From Euprymna scolopes (taxonomy: Eukaryota): a stretch of 64,000 nucleotides of DNA. Where the stretch lies: NCBI GenBank assembly GCA_053919585.1, contig CM132784.1. One strand, written 5' to 3'. The notes beneath the pieces were generated by a model that saw only the letters and a program-made list of their open reading frames with translations, had not been told where the DNA came from and did no database searches. A program made the translations under genes and the position numbers. This document shows, piece after piece, positions 39,401-50,599 of the stretch; position 1 is the first letter of the stretch, and every line of letters starts with the position of its first letter.

Positions 39401-40240
39401 GAGGCAGGTTGGTTTTCTTTGAGTTTGGTCCTGGTTTAAACGTAACTTTTGCTTGAGCTGTCATTTCATTTTATTTTATTTAAAAGTTTCAGTTAGGGTG
39501 GATGAGTGAGGGGGTGCTGGACAAGTAGTTGTGCAGAATACCAGACATGCAATACAAGTAGACCATCAGCTGTCCTCACCCACAGGATTGTGGCCTCGGG
39601 AAAGCCCACCGGGGATGAGTGCAGGGTCCCTTTCCATGCGCGACATGGCACTACAAACATCCCGATATTTTACAACTGTTGATGGAGCAGCCGCTCTAAG
39701 CGCTACCAAAGAGTTAGGGCTCCTGTACTATCAGTCGGAAACAGCAGCCAGGAACTGTCAATCCGGTACCCTCAATCCATTAGGCAAAGCCAGCCCAGTC
39801 CAACTGCACTGACATATATGGCACTGAAGCACCCCACTGTGTCCAGTTTAGGGGGATGGGATGTGGCAGGAGTGGGGAAAAGCGGCGTTCATTACCCTAG
39901 TCAGGAAACAAGGTCAACCACTGGGTGATTCAAGCGAGTCCCTGTGATAGTACCTCTACGCCTGGCCAATAGGCAAAGAAGGAGTATGAAAGCCGAGCGA
40001 TAGACAGAGTCTATCTCCTCCTTAAGCAGTTTAGGTTTGCCAACCGGTGATTTGTTTGAGTCACCAGCTCTAGGAAGGTTGTCGTCCAGGACTGAAGAGG
40101 CCTCCCTCCCCTAGGTTTAGTTTCAGAGTTTTCCTTCTCCTAGACGGATGGCCTGGGAAGACCTACGGGTCCATCAGCTCCGAGGGGGTTCGCCCCGCGC
40201 CTGGGTCCTAATCCAGGTATTTCTGCGACCCCGCATGGGT
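36448..40240 (-). mobile_element. Apparently intact single-ORF CR1/Zenon-type LINE with poly(A) tail
   Basis: Uninterrupted 969-aa ORF, ~80-nt 3' UTR, poly(T) on the plus strand at 36448-36475 next to (TA)n, and a GC-richer ~750-nt 5' UTR. Subclade name is from motif recall; the 5' boundary is uncertain. Confidence 0.9.
36555..39464 (-). CDS. LINE endonuclease-reverse transcriptase polyprotein
   Basis: APE motifs TNIRGL, LSET, GDFN, LDL, ADH; RT motifs NYRPISLL, QYGFR, LDISKAFD, GVPQGSILGP, FADD, LLG. Confidence 0.97.
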   Translation of the reverse strand: MTAQAKVTFKPGPNSKKTNLPPPLRLAFTNIRGLRTNLDDVESFLLVNTPDILALSETNLHSSIPSNHFNMPGYLPLYRKDSDRHMHGLGVYIRNTLPLTREIKLESEGQAFMCFRLNMQHNISYLYFLYRSPSNQDCTLINKVSDSIDIALSLDTSAQIHVFGDFNVHHSNWLGFSNHTDVAGSATYSFSISHSLSQMVTFPTRFPDQHDQHASLLDLFLTTVPNDCTTNAHSPLGNADHAVIMVEISLNSRPKTEDPLLKTTRYYKKADWEAIRELIRDAPWQNIFTLPAEQCANETTEWFKTAIEAHVPARKYYSKPHSPQWFTSACAAAICQRQHAFRRFNRHKSSSNKQKFIEARNNCKRVIDTAKSDYSETTRKRIEAQKLGTRDFWKIYNSVVNNGQSIIPPLTNNHEVACTATDKANLLASRFASNSTLNSVHHSLPDFPLRTDATLDDLKITPSQVHAIIKNLDTSKACGPDLIPAVLLKKCSAEVAPVLSKLYNKCLNESCFPDCWKTASVVPVFKNSGERTDPLNYRPISLLPLFAKIFESLVNKALVQHLTAAKLLTDKQYGFRQARSTADILTVVSERIYRSLDKTGEGRAVALDISKAFDRVWHDGLLRKIRSYGITGRIHNVIKSFLSNRKIKVVLDGRTSKQYDINAGVPQGSILGPLLFLIFINDLPDNIVSEMGIFADDTTLYNRYEGKTNEHISKKMAETLEDDLQSVVEWGQKWLVSFNAAKTKLVSFNNYKKPSLPPIAMAKNTLPESTSFKLLGLTFTGNMNWNRYIESIAKAAARKVGSLYRARKLLTPASILYLYKATIRPCMEYCCHIWAGASAACLSLLDRVQKRVANLIGPELSSGLQPLSHRRDVASLCLFYKYFNGECSDELQTLVPPRRNYPRQTRQATKSHPFTVEIPRCKKAFYSNSFFPRTAGLWNSLPGFCFPNCNDMQKFKCNVNKHLSTLLPS

Positions 40241-40454
40241 AGTTAATATTTATTGGTTATTTAGGTTAATATCTCCTGGAAAATCGGGCATTTAGGTTAG
40301 CTTCTACAGAAGATTTTCACTCCTCAAGTGTGGTTTAAAAAGGGCATTATTATGCTGTCCATTTTCATTTATACTGAGAGAGGGCATACGTAAAAATTCA
40401 TGCAGTGGAAGCAGTTAAATTTGCTACAGTATTGGATCGAGAGAGTCGAGTTGA

Positions 40455-40556
40455 TGTATGGTTAGATATAGTTTTGTAAGTTTAGCAATGTATGGTTAGA
40501 TATGGTTTAGTAGGTTTAGGAATGTATGGTTAGATATGGTTTAGTAGGTTTAGGAA
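40455..40556. repeat. 3 x 34-bp tandem repeat
   Basis: Unit tgtatggttagatatggtttagtaggtttaggaa. Confidence 0.9.
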
Positions 40557-41754
40557 TTAGGATAAAGTGCTAGAGTATGATCTACTTTCTATTAGAAATT
40601 CTGATTTGGTGCCCAAACCGGACATTTAGTAAGACTGAAAGATTAGATATGTTCAGTATAGAGACAAGAGAACATTTGAAATGGAGTACAGTTATACCTG
40701 ATAGATATAGGTTATTGCATATTCTGTAAGTATAGTAAAAGTATAGATGGATGGATAAGTAGTATTGTATACGAATGCATGGAATTTTAGACAATTTGAG
40801 TAAGTTGCCTTTAGACTACAACTAAGGAGAATGACTTCGCCTTTCTCTTAATATCCGGAAGTTTTTATTTCAATGAGTACCGGTTTAGTTTGTGTAATAA
40901 TTATTGCAATACTATCTCTTAATAAAGAGATATTAACGGTTACTGTTCATTATAGATTACTTTAAGTCAATGTATTGGACTAAGGCTAGTAAGTATTTAC
41001 TTAGAAGCTTGGTTATGGGTTGGGAGTTATAATCGGGAGCATGCCTAGGAAATTTTAGGTGTTAATGGGTATCGATTTGCGAGTTTGTTAAGGTCAAGGG
41101 CGGAGAGCAAGGACCCATCTAAGTTACGGGAGACGGATTTGTTTAGTGTCAACTTAGGAAGTAGAGCAGATTTGATTTGTTAGTGATCAGGAGAAAGAGA
41201 ATTTAAGTAAAAAATAATAAGGTTTGTCATGCAAAACAGACAAGGCAGTCATCTTGGAGGTAAAGTATCTATAGGAGGTACTTGCTTAGTATACAAGCAG
41301 CAGTATTTTGTAGTTTGGAGAGGAATTTTAGGTACAATAGTTTCATGACTTATTGCAAAAGTCCGTAGTCAAGGTGAGGGACGATGTACTTCTAATATTG
41401 AAACTGGGTTTTTCTAATTTTAAAAGTAGTTGACTAGAGTGTTATTAGGTGTTCTACTTTGCTTAGGGATAGAATAAAGATTTAAGGTAATATTCAGGGT
41501 GATATAAGCAGTTTCATGAGGATTGGATATATGATCACTGGATGTTGAACTGCTCAGGAGGATTCTTGTATCAATTAAGAAGGATGTCTTGGTGATATAA
41601 GATTTGAGAAATTAAGAGTCTGGGGATACAGAGAGCTTTGAGCCGATGAGGATTCAGTATAGGCGATTTTATATAGGTAACAAAGGTGGTTTAGTTTAGT
41701 ACGCACGTATTGTACATATTAAGTATACTGCTTCAGTTCAATCCTCTAACGCAA

Positions 41755-41800
<46 letters not shown>

Positions 41801-41802
<2 letters not shown>

Positions 41803-41847
41803 ACAAACCAATTGTTTTCCTGTATCATAGCGCTTCAGTGCGGCTAG
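41801..41847 (-). ncRNA. Degenerate type I hammerhead ribozyme copy
   Basis: Minus strand: ctagccgca CTGAAGC gctatgatacag GAAA acaattggtttgtgg, then (TA)n. Homologous to 53994-54052. Confidence 0.5.
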
Positions 41848-42485
41848 ATATTGCTAGCTCTGTCAGTGTTAAACATGTTTCCGACCCATAAAAGTAATAA
41901 TAACCTGCATTTTATTTGTCTGAGTGATGATGAAACGGACCCTAAAGAACTGGATCCCTTTCAGAATGAATAAACATATGATTTTTGGAACTGTATTTTA
42001 AATTGTTTACTTATCCATTCTCTGGAATTANNNNNNNNNNNNNNNNNNNNNNNNNNNNNNNNNNNNNNNNNNNNNNNNNNNNNNNNNNNNNNNNNNNNNN
42101 NNNNNNNNNNNNNNNNNNNNNNNNNNNNNNNNNNNNNNNNNNNNNNNNNNNNNNNNNNNNNNNNNNNNNNNNNNNNNNNNNNNNNNNNNNNNNNNNNNNN
42201 NNNNNNNNNNNNNNNNNNNNNNNNNNNNNNNNNNNNNNNNNNNNNNNNNNNNNNNNNNNNNNNNNNNNNNNGGAAGACACAATTACTCAACATTTCGTCC
42301 AACCGTTTCGTTGGCTTTTTCAAGAGCGAAGAAAAATAGCTCAAATAGTAGACGTAGCATTTTTAGCTATATTCTTCGTTTTTGAAAAAGCCCAAGAAGC
42401 AGTTGGGTAATTGGGTCTTCCTTTCCCAATTTTTAATTCATACCATCTGATTTGGATTTGTTTCATGCTTTTATTATCATATATA

Positions 42486-42558
<73 letters not shown>

Positions 42559-43149
42559 TGCGCCTTCATTTTAAACGCACGCGCATTGTTAACGAGAAAC
42601 CTTTCGAAGCATGCAGCCCCTAAAGACCCCCAAAACATCGCTCGTTGCTGACGCATGCGCAGTCGTACATTCGTTCGCTGTACGAGAAAGCGAAAGAGGG
42701 GGAGAGGGATTATTATTGATTTTGCTCGCGAGCAGTGCGAAAAAGAAATAAAAGAAAAAGGACAAGATGAACGAAAGAGCGACACAAATTGGATGAAGCG
42801 AAAAGTATAAAGAACTGATATAAAACGTGAAATGGTGAAAATACAAAAAAAACAAAAAAAAACAAAAAAAAAACAGAAAGAAACAGATTATGGAAACGAA
42901 ACGGTAGCTTGAACGAACGCCCACCTACGTTTTTATGGAAAAATCTCATTTTCTTCAGTTTATGAANNNNNNNNNNNNNNNNNNNNNNNNNNNNNNNNNN
43001 NNNNNNNNNNNNNNNNNNNNNNNNNNNNNNNNNNNNNNNNNNNNNNNNNNNNNNNNNNNNNNNNNNNNNNNNNNNNNNNNNNNNNNNNNNNNNNNNNNNN
43101 NNNNNNNNNNNNNNNNNNNNNNNNNNNTTTTGCACATATTCTGTGTTGT

Positions 43150-45482
43150 ATTAATTTCTAAGATACAGTATAAAAATATTAAACACAACCACAATATTAA
43201 TAGCTGAAATACAGCTCAAGTGCGGAAACCATTGCCCGTAACCAGATAATGCTGACCAATCACAGATCAACTGGAACAGAATAACATAGTCAAACACAAG
43301 CAGGAACACAGAAGGAACATTAAACAAATCCAAGGGAACTCAAACTACCATAGAAATAAATAATGTCGTTTGATCCGTCCCGATTCTCGATCCCCGGCGT
43401 CATAAAAATAGATATACATGTGGCTGAATTGGCATTTGTTGGTGCTGCAAACATGGTCATGAAGAGTCAAGGAGGATGCAAAGATCGAGAATAGAGAGCA
43501 CCACCCACACTTTTACTATAAAGGCACAGAGTGTACTGGAACGATAGGGAAGAGAATGCCGCAACATCAACGCGGAAACTAGAGAGACCAATCACTGCGA
43601 AACCATAAAGTTCTATGGGGAATAAACAGTAGAAGTTATGAACGAAGAAAAAACAAAACTCCCCTCTCTAAAGAATTCAGAATGAAAGAAATTGAAAGTA
43701 GAAAAAGAAAAGGTGAACCGACTTTTCCCATTTAGGCCAACAGATATTATTACAAATGTAAACCGTTTGATTTATGCATTAACCAAAACAGTAAGTCTGA
43801 GATTTAAACTAGTAGTAAAACATGACCAAAAGAATGGACCAACAAATTCCAGATACGAAACCAGATTGGAAACCGAGATCAATAAACTACAAAAGTGGAT
43901 GGAACAGTAAATAAGGCAAAAAGGGGGTAGAAAATGACAAGTTTGATTAATAAAGAAGAGAAAAAAGACTAAATAATAACATGAAGAGCTAAAACAAAAG
44001 ATTCTAGCAAAATAAAGAAAAATTAGTTGATACTAATACAAATCTGAACAATACAAAACAAAATAAGATACTTGAAAATAATGACATTCAGTTTTACCAG
44101 AATATAAATGAAAGAAGAACAATAACAGAACAATCGAATCCGACAAAACCAACCAACCAACCAACCAACCAACAAAACAAACAAACAAAACAAACAAACA
44201 AACAAACAAACAAACAAACAAACAAATAAAAAACGGACAATATATATGAGAAAAAAAAAAGACAAACCATTACAGGGATGTCGAATGGCTGAAAAAATAT
44301 CAAAGAAAATTTTCTGGAAATCGAAGAAGGAATATAGATCGAAATTAATAAAGAAATATCCCGGATGGCCCAAAGAAAAACAATTGACAAACTGGAAAGC
44401 ACTTTTTTAACAGTTTAAAAATCACGATGCTACATGAATCACTAACAAAACAAATCTCATGTGTATACACGAAACAGACATACCAGATTGAACGAATAAG
44501 AGAAGACCATACGCTAGTACATAAATACATCAATAATTAAATAACCGCAAACAACTACAGACCGATGATCTGTCTACTAACAATGTGAAAAATTTTTAAT
44601 GGCGCAACTAAAAGAACAGATTTACAATGTTTTTAATAATCGTGAACTACCCATTAAGAAAAGAGAAGAATGACCGAAATAGACAAGAGTGATACATGTC
44701 TTGTTATATGTGAATCAAAAGATCCCGGAGGAGGTCAATATAGAATAAAGCACATAACCATTGCATGGATTGATTATAAGAAAGCGTATGAAAGAACTGA
44801 TCAATATAGAGGTCGGCGACATTAAAAAAAGAGACAAGGAAATAAAAATGGAAAGAAAATAACTACACGGACGATTCATGAAACTGGGCTGAGAAAAGAC
44901 ACACAAAAACTTCTGGATACGAACGAGTCATCTAGACAAAGAAACCGAATCGATATTGACAGCCGCACAGAACAGTGCAATTAGAATAGAATGTATATCA
45001 TAGCTAATATAGACAAAACCCCAGAAAACAGTAAATATAGACTTAATCGTCAAAGAAAGACAACACTAAATCACATAATGAGTAGATGCAGCAAATAAGC
45101 CCACAAATAAAACAAAAGCAAACACAACTACATCAGAAACTCAATACACTTGGAACGATACAAGACGCTGGATTTTGAATAAAAAGACAAATAGAATCAT
45201 CACAAACTAGGGATTATACTGGAAAACGAAAGGCACAAAATCCCATGGGACATGGAGTTACAAACAGACAAACTCATCCAAGCAAGGAGACCGGATATAA
45301 TTATAGTCATCAAGAAAGAAAACAACTGCTAAATCGGAAATTTCGTCGTCCCAGTAATTCACAAAATGAATATCAGGGACACAATAAAAACGAAGCAAAT
45401 TCATAGAACTTACCAAAAGATTAAAAAGAATGTTGAATATTAAGGATAAGCCAATGTAGTAGTAGTAGTAGTAGTAGTAGTA

Positions 45483-45539
<57 letters not shown>

Positions 45540-46110
45540 GTCGTATCACTAGCAACAATGCCGAAAAATATGCGAAAAAAAAGCTGGGATAAATTGGAAT
45601 CAAAATTAGAAGACAGACCATGCAACGAACGGACAGCAATGGTAAACACAGCTGACATTCCTTGAATCTGAAAACCAATCTGCATAAACTACAATCGTTA
45701 CGATGCTATGCAGAAGTTATAATAGAAAGCAAAGACATAGAAAGAACATATGATCCCCAAAGAACTGAAACAACCAGAAATTACATAAAATAAAACTGCA
45801 AGAAATATGATTGTACCAGAATCGGCTGATAAAAAAAAATAGTCGTAAAGGATTAAAGAGGTTGAATGATCGAAGCGGGAAAACACTAACCAGGTAGTGG
45901 AGAGTACTAAGATTATGGAGAACTTTATTATCATCCAAATACAAGAGAAGATCAATAGTTGTTTCCAGCGACAAATTAATGATAAGCGACTGTTTCGATA
46001 ATGCAATGGTTATCGAAAGAGGTGGAGAGTACTAAAAAACTGGGACGACTTGTTGTCACCCAGACTCTCGAGAACGTCATCGGCTATTACCAGTGAGTAT
46101 TCTCAGGCAA
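43150..46110 (+). mobile_element. Decayed Dong/R4-clade (RLE) retrotransposon sequence, probably more than one fragment
   Basis: AWIDYKKAYE (44763-44792), AAQNSAIR, LNHIMSRCSK, and WDMELQTDKLIQARRPDIIIV (RLE motif, about 45245-45308). Confidence 0.8.
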
Positions 46111-46264
46111 TAACTTGAGTGNNNNNNNNNNNNNNNNNNNNNNNNNNNNNNNNNNNNNNNNNNNNNNNNNNNNNNNNNNNNNNNNNNNNNNNNNNNNNNN
46201 NNNNNNNNNNNNNNNNNNNNNNNNNNNNNNNNNNNNNNNNNNNNNNNNNNNNNNNNNNNNNNNN

Positions 46265-46462
46265 GGCATTTTATAATTAAATCAGAAGGGACCTTTCCAG
46301 AGCATTTTATAATTAACCAACCACAAGGGATCTTTCCAGGGCATTTTTACAACTAATCAACCAGAAGGGACATTTCCAGGGTATTTTACAATCAATCAAT
46401 CAATCAATCGATCAATCAATCAATCAATCAATCAATCAGAAGGGACGTTTCCAGGGCATTTT
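46265..46462. repeat. Short tandem repeat (agaagggacNtttccagggcatttt) x4 with an (ATCA)n expansion
   Basis: Seen directly. Confidence 0.8.
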
Positions 46463-46629
46463 GTAACGTTAAAACTTTATTACATTAAATATAGTAGTAT
46501 AAAAACTACTCCTCTTTATTAGCTTTACCTTTAAAGCGACACCAATTTTTTTGTTTTATTAGAATTTTGAATATTCCACTTCCTTTTATGATGATACCGG
46601 CCGTAACAACAAACGTATTAATATAATAG

Positions 46630-48110
46630 ATAAGTTCAATGTAACTTAGATTATAAAAAAGAAAAGCATATGATATGGTGCCGAATTCGTGGGTGCTCAG
46701 GACGTTGAAAATGGTTGGGGTAGCTGAAAATATAATCGAGTTCATAGGGAAAAGTATGAGCAATTGGAAAATCAACCTTTTTTTTTTCAGATGGAAAACT
46801 ATTAGGAACAGTCAACATCAGATGCAGAATCTTCCAATGAGATTCCTTTTCACTGTTTCTATTCGTGATAGAACTCATACCATTGACACATGTACGAAAA
46901 GAAAGTAAGATGGGATGCCAACTGGAGAAGAATGGGCCGAAGATCAGCCACATGTTATTCACGGACGATCTGAAATTGTTTGGCAAAAAAAAAAAAAGAA
47001 GAAAAGGAAACTGAATATTTGGTTCAAACTATACAGCAGTGGCGTGAAGACATAAATATCGAGTTTGGAATGTCTAAATGTGGAGTTGTTGCTCTTAAAC
47101 GACGGAAGAAAGGCATCATTTTACCAAATGGTGAAAGATTAGGAGATCCTAATGCAGAAGGCTACAAGTACCTGGAGATACTTGAACTTGACACGATGCT
47201 CCGTAATGAAATGAAAAAGAAGACAAAAGAAGTGTACATGGAGAGACTCAATCTGCTTCTGAAATCTCGACTGAATGGTAGGAACTTGTTCACAGCCATC
47301 AATTCATGGGCTATTGTTGTAATTCGGTACAATGTAGCTTTGAATACAAGAGGAAATTAAATAGCTGGATAGAGACACACGGAAAAATGTGCTCATCACT
47401 ACTTAACAAACAGTCTTGAAGTGTTACTTGCTGCAGTGGTGAAATAGGAAGAGCTAGATAAAGATTTAATAAGAAAAAAATAAGCAGAAGTACAAGGAAA
47501 AAATCGAAACAGAAAAGATGACAGAGTTGGAAAAAATGAAAGTTCATGGCCAGTTTGAGCGAGAAAATGTCAGGACACGTGGGATTTTCTGTCTAAAGGT
47601 GACTTGAAAAAGAGAGAAAATCTTATATTTGCTGCTTAGGAACAGGCACTAAATAAATATGCAATCAATAGAAACATCTACGGGAGGGACTGCTCTCATT
47701 CTCTGCGATTTCATGATTCAGTATGATCAAGAGATATCTCACAGGAAACCAAATATTGTAGTTGTGAAAGAAAAGCACAACGAATGCCAAATTATTAGCA
47801 AGAAAGTAGAACGGGAAACTGAGGGTAGAGATTGATAGGTTGTGGAACAATAAAACTTTCATCGTGACCATCATCATAGGTGCGCTTGGCTCAATTCAAG
47901 ATGATCTTGAGAAACAGTTGAACTCCTTGGGAATCAAGCAAAACATCACCGTACTCCAAAAGTCAATTCTGCTTGGCACTTTAAACATCCTACGCCAAGT
48001 GCTTTCGATCTAATTGATCCTGTGAATACGCTCACTAGCTTTGGGGTAAAAACCCTCTATTGAATAGAAAATTAACCGGTGTAAAGCATCACAACACTGT
48101 GAAGGTAACA
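46630..48110 (+). mobile_element. Decayed Dong/R4-clade retrotransposon (RT to RLE)
   Basis: KAYDMVPNSW, LFTDDLKL, FGMSKC, GYKYLEIL, LNGRNLFTAINSWA, LQKSILLGTLNILRQVL. Confidence 0.85.
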
Positions 48111-48318
48111 AGGATAGTAGGTGATAACATACTACGAACATTAAATTAGCGTATTTATATACAAATTTAATGTTTGTAGTATTTTATCCTCCTTTTTAAT
48201 AAATAGGATCTCCCGATCTAATAATGCATAGTCTGGAAACCGTAACACAAGTACGTACGTTAAAGGTACTACGCTATAATAAGTAGACAATAACAACAAC
48301 AACAACAACAACAACAAC

Positions 48319-48366
<48 letters not shown>

Positions 48367-48384
48367 TCACGACACAACACGACA

Positions 48385-49188
48385 AATAATTCAAAACCCG
48401 AAAAGATTTATCCATGAAACAGAAGTACTGGAATGGATGACAGAAAGGTAGAACCACACTGATACAAAAGGACATGAAAAGAGAACTACCTCCAGCAACT
48501 ACAGACCCATAACATGCTTACCTACAATGTGGAAACTACTGAAAAGAAAATAAATTTACCACTGGCTTAATGATCGCAGACTACTCCCTGAGGAACAGAA
48601 GAGATGCCAAAAAGGAAAAAGAGGACCGCATGACATAGCCATAGTATGAATCGACTTCAAGCAAGCATGGATAATAGAATACCTGAGAATGTACAAAATA
48701 CCAGGCAAGATTATCAATTTGATTGAAAATACAACGAGAACGTGGAGACTTCAATTGGACAATACATAACTGCGATTAAAATACAAAGAGGTACCTCCAA
48801 GGGGATTCTCTATCATCACTACTTTTCACCATAGTCGTGATGTCCCTTAACAATATAGCAAGAAATGCAAAGTCAGATACAAGTTCTCTAATACAGATGA
48901 AAGAACGAACCACCTAATGTACATGGATCACTAGAGACGCTATAAAATATAACCAGAATCTTCAGCCAGGATATGCCAATGGAATTCGATATGGACAAAT
49001 GCGCACTGCTGATCATGAAAAGGGGGAAACTGGAAGGGAGAATAACAAAGAGCTACCCAACCAAACCAAGATAAGGGCACTAGGTGAAAATGACAGCTAC
49101 AAATATTTGGGAGTTTTGGAATAAAACACCATCAAAGTAACAGAAATGAAAGAAAAAATTGGAAAGGAATACCGCAGAACAACAAGAA

Positions 49189-49192
<4 letters not shown>
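48385..49192 (+). mobile_element. Dong/R4-clade RT fragment between (AAT)n and (TA)n
   Basis: EWMTEGRTTLIQKD, SNYRPITCLPTMWKLL, QGDSLSSLLF, NHLMYMD, SYKYLGVLE. Confidence 0.85.
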
Positions 49193-49265
<73 letters not shown>

Positions 49266-50599
49266 CGTAACTAAATGCAATAGACTCTCGGTAGGATTTT
49301 CTCTCTTTTTATTATCTATGCTCCTATAAGTTTGTGCTTGTTATTTGATTTGATTTTGCAACATAGGGTGAGAATTAAAAATGATTCTCTTTTTCTCAGT
49401 GTTTTCGCGCGTGCGTGTGTCGTTGCGGTGGTGGAGGAGAGGTCCTTTCAGTGTCACTGTAACAGACGTGAATAACAACAACATATGCTTCCGACTCTTC
49501 CCACTGCTACTCGCAAATGTGGCGAATCGAATCTAAAATCTATATAAAAGCGACATATTTTTTTATATGCTAAAAAGTGTATATTAATAAAACTATAGAA
49601 GAAAAAGAAGTAAAAAAAAAGAAGAAAAGAAGAAGGAAAAGATAAAAAGAAAAAGAAGAAAAGATAAAAACAGAGAGAGGCATTTTCTGGGGAGACGCTT
49701 TATCACTACTAATTTTTGTCACCACCGTGATGCAACTCAACGGCACATCTAGGAGGTGTAGGTCGGATATACACATATTGTGTGTTAATAACGTGGTTAA
49801 CGCGGTACTAGCTTGAACCAATTTGCTTGTGTTCAAGTTAAGTGCAGAGAGGTCCAAAGTTTAAATGTGACAGGCTTCAAATTCGTTGACTTCGATTGAC
49901 GTAAGCGTTGCACCTGCGTACTAGCAGGGGCCACGTAGCAGGTCAGTGCATGTTCAGTTGACGGGATTAGCCACCCCACACCACATATCAATATATAAGA
50001 AAGAGACACACGTGAGTTTTTAGTCAGACCAGAATCAGGTTCAATCAGAATGAGAGTCTTGTAGTCAAGATGAGGAAACAAAAAAGAGGAAAGAGATCTG
50101 AATCGATTCAGCGATGCAGAGGTCCTTCCCAGAATGAGAAGATCCTGAATAAAGATTGTATCTCAGGGGCATGCATGATTTGATTTCCAGATTGGAGGCA
50201 ACCGTTGTGAGGTGCACCAACCGAAGAAAAGAGAAAAGGTACGTGTCTGAAGATCCCCTTATAGATTGTATGGATGTGACACACACGCACACATGACTGT
50301 ATACAAATATGTGCACACACAAAGATAGTCGATCAACGGCCATGTCATCGTTATGTACACAACATGCATCTATATAGACCAGTACGCAACACAGACCCAA
50401 AGAAAAAACAAACAAACCATCACATGCATATAAACGACCTGAAACTACATGCAAAGAATAAATGAACAGGAAATTCTCATAGATACAATCTGAATATTTA
50501 TCTGGAAATTCTAATGCAATGCGAAATAGAAAGTGCACAACTAGAAATTAAAAGGAGGAAACTCGAGACAGTGGAGAACATGTAACTGCAGGAATGAGA

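Noticed and set aside
40085-40125. Hammerhead at CTGAAGA in the LINE leader
   Set aside because: No stem II/GAAA follows, and it is antisense to the element.
39470-40240. HDV-like ribozyme in the CR1 5' UTR
   Set aside because: I could not assemble P1-P4 or the nested pseudoknot by eye; it needs a descriptor search.
49400-50540. Non-repetitive-looking ORFs (up to 157 aa) as a gene
   Set aside because: No recognisable motifs; composition is consistent with chance ORFs.
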